Below, one piece after another: positions 57,794 through 64,000 of a DNA stretch of 64,000 bases. The notes beneath the pieces are model-generated. The model did no database searches, had not been told where the DNA came from, and worked only from the letters and a program-made list of their open reading frames with translations. The stretch is from Candidatus Marinacidobacterium sp. (GTDB lineage: Bacteria; Acidobacteriota; Vicinamibacteria; Marinacidobacterales; Marinacidobacteraceae). The stretch spans positions 2,555,632 to 2,619,631 of the forward strand of contig OZ251549.1 in the NCBI GenBank assembly GCA_965243415.1, read 5' to 3'. Position 1 is the first letter of the stretch, and each line of letters begins with the position of its first letter. A program made the position numbers and the translations under genes.

Positions 57794-60700
57794 TTAGAAG
57801 CGCAGGGTGCCGCGCAGCAGCATGGTCCGGGCGTTCTGGCGACTCCGCAACTCGAGGAAGTTGGGCAAGAAAGTTCGGTTTGCTCCGCTGTAAGTGAACT
57901 GGTTGTGGTTCGCGGCATCGAGCAGATTGAAGACCTGCACTTGGAATTCGAACTGGGCTGGGCCGAGATCGAAGATCCGGCCCAAGGACAGCCCCACGGT
58001 GTGTACCGTTGGAGCCTGTACCTGGAGTTCTCCACGATCCTGACCGACGATGCGATACCGAGTCGAGAGTGGGTTGGTCTTGTCGTTGTTGGCCTTGCCG
58101 GGACCGTACTGCGTGACCTGCGGATCGTCGGCGTCCAACTGTTCAATCGGCGGACCGGTCCACGGGCCGGCGTTGGCCGTGTAACTGATCGCGGTCGTGA
58201 TGTCGAACGGAAGCAGGTAACTCAACCCGCCGCGGATCGAGTACTGTCGCCAAGTCGGCGCATACGACAGATTCGAGTGCGCGCGCAGGGTGTTGAAGTC
58301 GTTGTTGCCTCGTGGCATGTAGAGCGCCTTGTTCGAATCGAATTTCTCCGGGGAGATGAATCGCGCCGGATCTTTGGGATTCCAGTCGCCTGCGTAATGC
58401 TGCCACTGGCGACTGATGTTCAGGGTGGCCGACATCTTCTCGGTCCGGCGGGTGCTGGTGACCTCGATGGCGGTATAGACCAACTTGCTCCACGAATTGT
58501 TCGTCTGCTGCCGAACCTCCCCGTGGTCGAGACCGACTTGGCCGAACTGGAACTGACCGCGCGGAACCGTCGCAGGTGCCTCGGAAGGCCAGGAGCCGTT
58601 CTGCTCGAGGAGCGCGTAGTTGTCCGTGTAGCGCCGATGGATGAGCGCTACATCCATGGCGAACTGCCCCCGGAACTGTCGCCGGATGCCGGCGATGAAT
58701 TCGTCCACGAAGGGTTGTCCGATGTCGGGATCGAAAAGAGTGGAAATCGGCAGGCCGGCGACCGGAGGGTTGTAGACATCGTGGTCCGCTTCGCCATCCC
58801 CGTCGTGGTCGTATTCCGTGTAGGAGCCGGCGCTGGCGCCTCCATGTATGCGGGTGATCGCGTCTCGACCGTTCATCTGCTCATGGACCCGGCCATAACT
58901 GCCGCGAAGGATGTTGCGGCCATCCTCGGTTATCTGGTACGCGAAACCGGCTCGTGGTCCGATGGCGATGGTGTTCATACGCTCGAAATCGAGAATGCCG
59001 TCGTAACGCCTGACGAAGTCGGCCCGAACGCCGAGATTCAAGGTGAGGCGGTCGAACGGCTTCCAAGCATCCTGGAGGTAGATGCCGATGTCCCGATCGT
59101 CGCCGTCGATGGTCTCGAGCGAGTCGATGGGACCGTTGGCATCCCCGGTCCGGGTGCGGCGGAACCAACGGGTGCCGGCGACCTGGGTGAGGTCATCGGT
59201 GGGGTTTCCCGAAGCGTCGAGCATCACATGATTCTCGCTGCGCCAACCGTTGACCATGGTGTAGGTGCTGGTGCTCGGATATGCGTTCCAGGGTGCCGCA
59301 TAGACACCGAATCCAATTTCGTGGGACCCGGCGACATCGTCGAGATAATGCGTGAGATCGGCCCGGAACAACATGAGGCGGGCCGGCCGATCCGCGCCGC
59401 CGCCGGTGCCGGCGACGGCGAGGCGGCCGCCATCGGAAGTGGTGCCGGAGGAATTGACGGAATAACCGTCGTAGATCGTCACATAGAGGGGAAGCGAATC
59501 TATCTGCGGTTGGAGGTCGAGCGGCACTTCGGACGCCTTGTCGTTGTAGGACAGGGTGAACTGGCCGGTCGTGTTCGCGCCGAAAACGGAGGTCAACTTG
59601 GCGCCGTAGAGATTGCCGCCGGTCTGTCCCGTGTACCGCGGCGCGAGATCGTATTCGCGATTGGAGGTGTTTTCGGTCGTATCGCGCTGGTAATAGAGAT
59701 TCAATTCGTGACTGGGGTTCACCTGTGCGCTGATCTTGACATAGGGTTGGTGGCTCCGGGTGGTGTTCAGGAACGGAGAATAGGTCGGCGCGGTGCCGAG
59801 GCCGCTGCCGAGGGGAATGCCGGAGAGAGCGGTCAGGCGCTCGACATCGGAACCGCCGCGGCTGATGCGGGCGGCGAGGTCTGCGTAACGGTACGAGGCG
59901 AAGAACCAGGCGCGATCACGCATGAGGGGCCCGCCGAAGGAGAAGTCGGCTTGGCGCACCTGGTGGGCGGTCGGTGTTCCGATGGAGTTGGAGGCCGATT
60001 CCGGCGGCTCGTAAACCCCGAGGCTGGCGAAGTTCGCTTTTTCGGAGGCGAAGGGATCGAATCCGGGGGGTACCTCGTTGTCGCCGAACCAGCCGCCGAG
60101 GCCGTCGGCATCGCCGGTGCCCCAGTCGAAGGACTGGAGATCGTAGGAGGCGGAAGCGGTCAGGTCGTTGCCGCCGCTACGCGTCACCACATTGATGATG
60201 AGGCCGGTCCCCATGGGGTCCTTAGCCTCGGCGCCGCCGGTCTTGACGGACATGTCTTCCATCATGTCGGCGTTCATCCCGACATGAGTTACCTGGGAGT
60301 CCGTATAGCCGGCCGCCGCCATACCCTCCAGTTGGATGACATGGGAGAAGTGCTCCGTGCCGTGGCCGAAATAGACCATGCGACCGGAGCCATCGTCGAA
60401 GGGCCGGGCGTTGACGCCGGGTGTCATCTCGAGGAAATCGCTCCAATTCCCGCGGGCCTGGATGGGCAGGTCCCGCTGGAGGTCGCCTTCGATGGTCAGG
60501 ATGTTTCCGGGCCGAGAGATTTCGAGCATCGGCGTCTCGGCGGTCACGGTGACCGTTTCCTGGACGCTGCTGATGGAGAGCACCGGGTCCACGCCGATGT
60601 TCGTGCTGGCCCGGACCTGGATTCCCTCCTGGCGGTAAGTGGCGAAGCCCGACAGCGCGGCTTCGACGCTGTACTCCCCGACGGGAAGGTTGAGCAACCG

Positions 60701-60901
60701 GTATGCCCCCTGACTGTCGGTGACCGTCGTAGCCGGGGCGATCAGGGCGTCGCTCACGGCGGTGACGCTCACTCCGGGAAGGACCGCGCCGGAGTCGTCG
60801 GTCACGGTGCCTCGAATGCTGGAATCGCCGGCCTGTCCGAACGCGCTGGCCGGAAGGGCCAACAGGGTCGCAAGAACCAGCGAGGAAGTGGACTTCCGCA
60901 T
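57794..60901 (-). CDS. TonB-dependent receptor with N-terminal CarboxypepD_reg-like domain (1035 aa)
   Basis: SD AGGAGA-N4-ATG; signal MRKSTSSLVLATLLALPASAFGQ; GTVTDDSGAVLPGVSVTAV...GEYSVEAALSGF (CarboxypepD_reg); plug; beta-barrel ending ...RGTLRF (terminal Phe). Length is divisible by 3 from the ORF-track end. Confidence 0.85.
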   Translation of the reverse strand: MRKSTSSLVLATLLALPASAFGQAGDSSIRGTVTDDSGAVLPGVSVTAVSDALIAPATTVTDSQGAYRLLNLPVGEYSVEAALSGFATYRQEGIQVRASTNIGVDPVLSISSVQETVTVTAETPMLEISRPGNILTIEGDLQRDLPIQARGNWSDFLEMTPGVNARPFDDGSGRMVYFGHGTEHFSHVIQLEGMAAAGYTDSQVTHVGMNADMMEDMSVKTGGAEAKDPMGTGLIINVVTRSGGNDLTASASYDLQSFDWGTGDADGLGGWFGDNEVPPGFDPFASEKANFASLGVYEPPESASNSIGTPTAHQVRQADFSFGGPLMRDRAWFFASYRYADLAARISRGGSDVERLTALSGIPLGSGLGTAPTYSPFLNTTRSHQPYVKISAQVNPSHELNLYYQRDTTENTSNREYDLAPRYTGQTGGNLYGAKLTSVFGANTTGQFTLSYNDKASEVPLDLQPQIDSLPLYVTIYDGYSVNSSGTTSDGGRLAVAGTGGGADRPARLMLFRADLTHYLDDVAGSHEIGFGVYAAPWNAYPSTSTYTMVNGWRSENHVMLDASGNPTDDLTQVAGTRWFRRTRTGDANGPIDSLETIDGDDRDIGIYLQDAWKPFDRLTLNLGVRADFVRRYDGILDFERMNTIAIGPRAGFAYQITEDGRNILRGSYGRVHEQMNGRDAITRIHGGASAGSYTEYDHDGDGEADHDVYNPPVAGLPISTLFDPDIGQPFVDEFIAGIRRQFRGQFAMDVALIHRRYTDNYALLEQNGSWPSEAPATVPRGQFQFGQVGLDHGEVRQQTNNSWSKLVYTAIEVTSTRRTEKMSATLNISRQWQHYAGDWNPKDPARFISPEKFDSNKALYMPRGNNDFNTLRAHSNLSYAPTWRQYSIRGGLSYLLPFDITTAISYTANAGPWTGPPIEQLDADDPQVTQYGPGKANNDKTNPLSTRYRIVGQDRGELQVQAPTVHTVGLSLGRIFDLGPAQFEFQVQVFNLLDAANHNQFTYSGANRTFLPNFLELRSRQNARTMLLRGTLRF

Positions 60902-61176
60902 GGGGTCTCCTTGGTGAAGTGTCTGAATTGCGGGAGAGGCCCGCGGGGAGCCGAACGGCCAAGTGCCGCAGGACCGGGCGCGGGAACGGGCAACGATTAT
61001 GCCATATCGAAGGCCGGCGACGGTGGCCGGGCAACCTGCCCGGCTGCCGAGAGTTGCGGGCGAGCCGGTCGTTGCGGCGCCGGCGGTGAGGCCTCTCCGT
61101 TCAAGATTCCGAACAGCCCCGGGGAACCCGCCGCCCGCTTCGGCAAAGGGATGCCGGCGGCCGGGCGTGGAGTGGC

Positions 61177-63279
61177 TCAGTGTCGGCGGGAGGGGGCGCT
61201 CTCGCGGAGGGAGGCGAGGAGGCGGCGGATCTCCGGTTGGGCCGGGTCGAGGGTGAGGGATCGTTCCAGATAGCCGATCGCCTTGGCGGAGTGCCCCCCT
61301 GCCGCGAGCGACCAGCCGAGGGCGTTCAGGAGGGTGGCGTCGGGGGTCTGCAACCCCAGGGACCGCTCGTAGAGTGCGGCGGCCCGCGACGGGTTGCCGG
61401 ACTCGCGGTGAGCGTCGCCGAGAGCGCGGAGGATCGGCACATTCTCCGGGGCCTGGGCGAGGGCCGGTTCGAGGAGACGCACGGCTTCCTGTGGCCGGGC
61501 GCTGTCGAGCGCGAACCGGCCGAGGACGAGGCGGGCGCGCAGCAGGTTGGGCTCCGCGGCCAGCGCCGTTCGAAACATCTCTGCTGCGCGTGCCTCTGCG
61601 CCGGTTCGGAGCCACTGCTCGGCGAGGGCTGCCGGGAGCGCTCCCGGGGCTTCGGCGTCGAAGGAGTCGGTGAGCCCCCAGGGGCGCGCCACGGCGGCGC
61701 GGGCGGTGAGGTCGAAATCGGCGCTGCGCTCCGCGGCGGCGGCGGCCACGGTCAGGACATATCTGCCGGAAGTCCAGGAGTCCGTCGTCGGCGACCACCG
61801 GGCGAGCCCCTCCTCCACCGGGACTTCTCCCTCGGCGACGGGGGCGGGCGCCCGGCCGTCCTCGGTCGTCGTCCAGGGTGTCACCCGGAAGCGGACCCGG
61901 TCGTGGCCCGGCGCCGCCGCCACCGCGGACAGCGGCGCGCCGAGCGCGGAGACGCCCCGCCCGTCGGGAACGAGCGGCGAACCGCCGGGCGCCCAGACGC
62001 CGTACGCGCCGCGGTCCTCGGTCGGCAGTCCGTGGAGCAGCACCGGGCGGGAGAGGAACGAGGGCGCGTCGCCGTCCGGGACGGGGATTTCGTCCTCGAA
62101 GACGGTGTACTCGGTCCTGGCGTCGTTCTTCATGATGACGCGAAGGCGGTAATCCCCGGGGATGAGCGGGAACATCCCGCGCCAGGCGAAGGGACGGGCG
62201 CCGACTTCCCGGAGTTCGCGCTCGCCGAGCCGGAGGAAGGGGGTGGTCGCGAAATCGTGTACGACTTCGCCGTCTTCGTTGGTGACTTCCCCCTGGATGT
62301 CGAACCGGGTGAAGTACTCGTTCCCGTCCTCTTCCCGCGCCAGGGTGAAGTGCTGGGGCTCGATCTCGATGGCGTAGTGGACGAACCACGACGGCGGTCC
62401 GGAGGCGGGGCCGGGGAATACCCGAGCCGCTCCGGCGCTCGGAACGAAGTTGAACAGGTACTCGCTCTCGACCAGTCCCCGTCCGGCATCGGCGCCGGAC
62501 ACCCAATTCGTGTCCAGCAGGCGATACGGGGCGCGGTTGATGTCCTGCAGCAGGGTCTGGGTCTGGAGTTGTGCCATGTCCGGCAGGGCGAGCCCGGCCG
62601 TGACTCCGCGGTCAGCCCGCATGGTGATGCTCGCGTGCGCCAGTTGCGGCGACATCTCCTGCAGGGTGAGGAATGCCTCGTCGCGCGACTCCCCGACGGG
62701 GAACGACTGTGCCGGGAGCAGTTCTTCCGGCTGGTGGATGAGGTGGTTGAACTGGATGAACGGCCCGGCGTTGTGCTCCTGGAAGAAGAGGATGTAGAGC
62801 GGAGGCAGCAGGTGTTCGTCGTTTTGCAGGTAGAACCACAGTTCCGTCGGATAGAGGCCGGGAACCGCCGCGAAGGTCTCGCGTTCGTCCGGTTCTCCCA
62901 ACTGGATCCAGATGCGGCCGCGGTCGGTCATCCAACCGGGCATCGCGGTCTCGCCGCCGAGGCGGGAGTTGGCGTAGGCGATCCGCTCGTAGTGTTCGAG
63001 GCGGTACTCGTTCTCCGGGGTCAGCGGTTCCGGGTCGCGGCGGCGCCAGAAGGCTTCGATGAACGCTTCCCGCTCCGCCTCCGACTGCAGCCGCTCGAAA
63101 GCGTCCTTCTCCCGGTCGCTGATGATGTAGAGGACTTCCTGTTCCAGCCACTTCCGGTGTCCGTCGCTCAGCGGCAGCGCGTCCTGGGCGGCGGCCGGGG
63201 CGGCGAGGGTCAGGGCGAGGGCCAGCGCGGCGGCGGGCGGCGCGGCGTGGCGGAGGGGGGAGATCGTTCGTCCGCTCAT
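61177..63279 (-). CDS. GWxTD domain-containing protein with C-terminal TPR repeats
   Basis: Signal peptide; AMPGWMTDRGRIWIQLGEPDE is the GWxTD motif; C-terminal TPR-like helices (NALGWSLAAGGHSAKAIGYLERSLTLDP). Confidence 0.75.
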   Translation of the reverse strand: MSGRTISPLRHAAPPAAALALALTLAAPAAAQDALPLSDGHRKWLEQEVLYIISDREKDAFERLQSEAEREAFIEAFWRRRDPEPLTPENEYRLEHYERIAYANSRLGGETAMPGWMTDRGRIWIQLGEPDERETFAAVPGLYPTELWFYLQNDEHLLPPLYILFFQEHNAGPFIQFNHLIHQPEELLPAQSFPVGESRDEAFLTLQEMSPQLAHASITMRADRGVTAGLALPDMAQLQTQTLLQDINRAPYRLLDTNWVSGADAGRGLVESEYLFNFVPSAGAARVFPGPASGPPSWFVHYAIEIEPQHFTLAREEDGNEYFTRFDIQGEVTNEDGEVVHDFATTPFLRLGERELREVGARPFAWRGMFPLIPGDYRLRVIMKNDARTEYTVFEDEIPVPDGDAPSFLSRPVLLHGLPTEDRGAYGVWAPGGSPLVPDGRGVSALGAPLSAVAAAPGHDRVRFRVTPWTTTEDGRAPAPVAEGEVPVEEGLARWSPTTDSWTSGRYVLTVAAAAAERSADFDLTARAAVARPWGLTDSFDAEAPGALPAALAEQWLRTGAEARAAEMFRTALAAEPNLLRARLVLGRFALDSARPQEAVRLLEPALAQAPENVPILRALGDAHRESGNPSRAAALYERSLGLQTPDATLLNALGWSLAAGGHSAKAIGYLERSLTLDPAQPEIRRLLASLRESAPSRRH

Positions 63280-64000
63280 GGTTCGTCGGTCCCGGGCGCG
63301 GCGGTCGCGCCGTTCGTCCGCAGGGACTCGCGGAAGGCGGTCGCCGCCCGGCGGACGGCGGCCTCGTCGTCGGCGTCGAAGGTGACGCGGGTCTCGCCGT
63401 TTCCGGGGTAGGAGCCGACCTGCACCTCGGGGTGTTCCGCCACGATCCGGTTCAGCAGGGGGATCAGGCGCTCCTCCGGGCCGGGGACGCGCTCCTCGGC
63501 GTTCGCCCAGGCGGCGCCCGCCGGCAGGCAGGCGTCGAGCACCCCCATCTTCTGCCGGAACGCCGGGGGCAGGCCGGGGAGGATCCAGACCCGCTCCATG
63601 ACCACCACCGGGAAGCCGCAGCCGGCGCCGCGCCGGAGTTCCGCCCCGGCGGGGGCCCGGGCCAGGTCGCGGTGGCCCTCGCCGAGGCCGCGTTCCCGGA
63701 GGGCGTCGAGGAACTCGGGGTGGCGGGTGACCGGGACGCCGAAGGCCCGGGCCACTCCCTCCATCGTCACATCGTCGTGGGTGCCGCCGACGCCGCCGGA
63801 GGTGAACACCAGGTCGTGGGCGCCGCGCAGGGCTTCCACTTCCTCGGCGATCGCCGCCGGGTCGTCGCCGATGGTGACCACCCGGCGCAACTCCAGGCCC
63901 TTCGTTCGCAGCAGCCGCGCCAGCACGCCGGTGTTCGTGTCGGCGGTCTTGCCGGAGAGGATCTCGTTGCCGATGACGAGCAGCGCGGCGGTGCGGCGGG
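63276..64000 (-). CDS. CinA-like/MoCF-biosynthesis-domain protein, 5' partial (N-terminus beyond window end)
   Basis: The frame continues upstream of the ORF-track GTG as AALLVIGNEILSGKTADTNTGVLARLLRTKG (CinA/MogA-type N-terminus). LVFTSGGVGGTHDDVT is the MoCF-binding motif. ATGA overlap with the GWxTD gene start. Confidence 0.7.
   Translation of the reverse strand, partial: RRTAALLVIGNEILSGKTADTNTGVLARLLRTKGLELRRVVTIGDDPAAIAEEVEALRGAHDLVFTSGGVGGTHDDVTMEGVARAFGVPVTRHPEFLDALRERGLGEGHRDLARAPAGAELRRGAGCGFPVVVMERVWILPGLPPAFRQKMGVLDACLPAGAAWANAEERVPGPEERLIPLLNRIVAEHPEVQVGSYPGNGETRVTFDADDEAAVRRAATAFRESLRTNGATAAPGTDEP

Noticed and set aside
57674-61273. 1199-aa plus-strand ORF
   Set aside because: Antisense of the TonB-dependent receptor gene, whose SD, signal peptide and terminal Phe are unambiguous.

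Overview
High-GC (~75%) bacterial chromosomal window with about 45 protein genes, one tRNA, one cobalamin riboswitch, two insertion sequences and many tandem repeats. Gene content (sortilin/BNR protein, CarboxypepD_reg-type TonB receptors, GWxTD, LemA-TPM, Bacteroidetes-type GG-leader peptides) suggests a Gemmatimonadetes/FCB-like organism. Because GC is so high, most long ORFs in the six-frame track are antisense artefacts. Real genes were picked by recognisable protein families, ribosome-binding sites and overlap/coupling patterns. Core genes: HDAC/AcuC, SAM-MTase, tRNA-Leu(GAG), gap, pgk, tpiA, secG, a B12 riboswitch with a BtuB-like receptor and a PduO adenosyltransferase, hsp20, murJ, xerD, tsaC, lon, LemA plus two TPM genes, PBP1A, an SDR epimerase, S9 peptidase, a class-C-like serine hydrolase, M19 dipeptidase, CapA, M20 amidohydrolase, two paralogous OM beta-barrels, Fic, a TonB receptor, GWxTD-TPR and CinA-like. 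Accessory content: (i) a tRNA-Leu-adjacent islet carrying a VapBC pair plus an array of about six orphan copies of the VapB toxin-binding module, some fused in tandem; (ii) a 1.36-kb minisatellite of a 15-nt core splitting gap from pgk next to a B12 uptake locus; (iii) IS630 and IS1634 elements, the latter flanked by a 175-bp tandem repeat; (iv) a tandemly duplicated two-gene module of an AAA_21-type ABC ATPase plus a DUF4276-like protein (split OLD/Gabija-like candidate defence module), one copy frameshifted and the second preceded by a duplicated S9-peptidase 3' remnant; (v) two paralogous Cys/Thr/Pro-rich peptide genes with Bacteroidetes-type double-glycine RiPP leaders flanking an IS481-like transposase remnant, with no maturase in the window; (vi) an in-frame 258-bp triplication at the 3' end of the dipeptidase gene; (vii) a 1.7-kb repeat-dense GC-rich intergenic block. 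Coordinates taken from my own base indexing carry a +/-1-2 nt uncertainty; CDS ends derived from the ORF track are exact.
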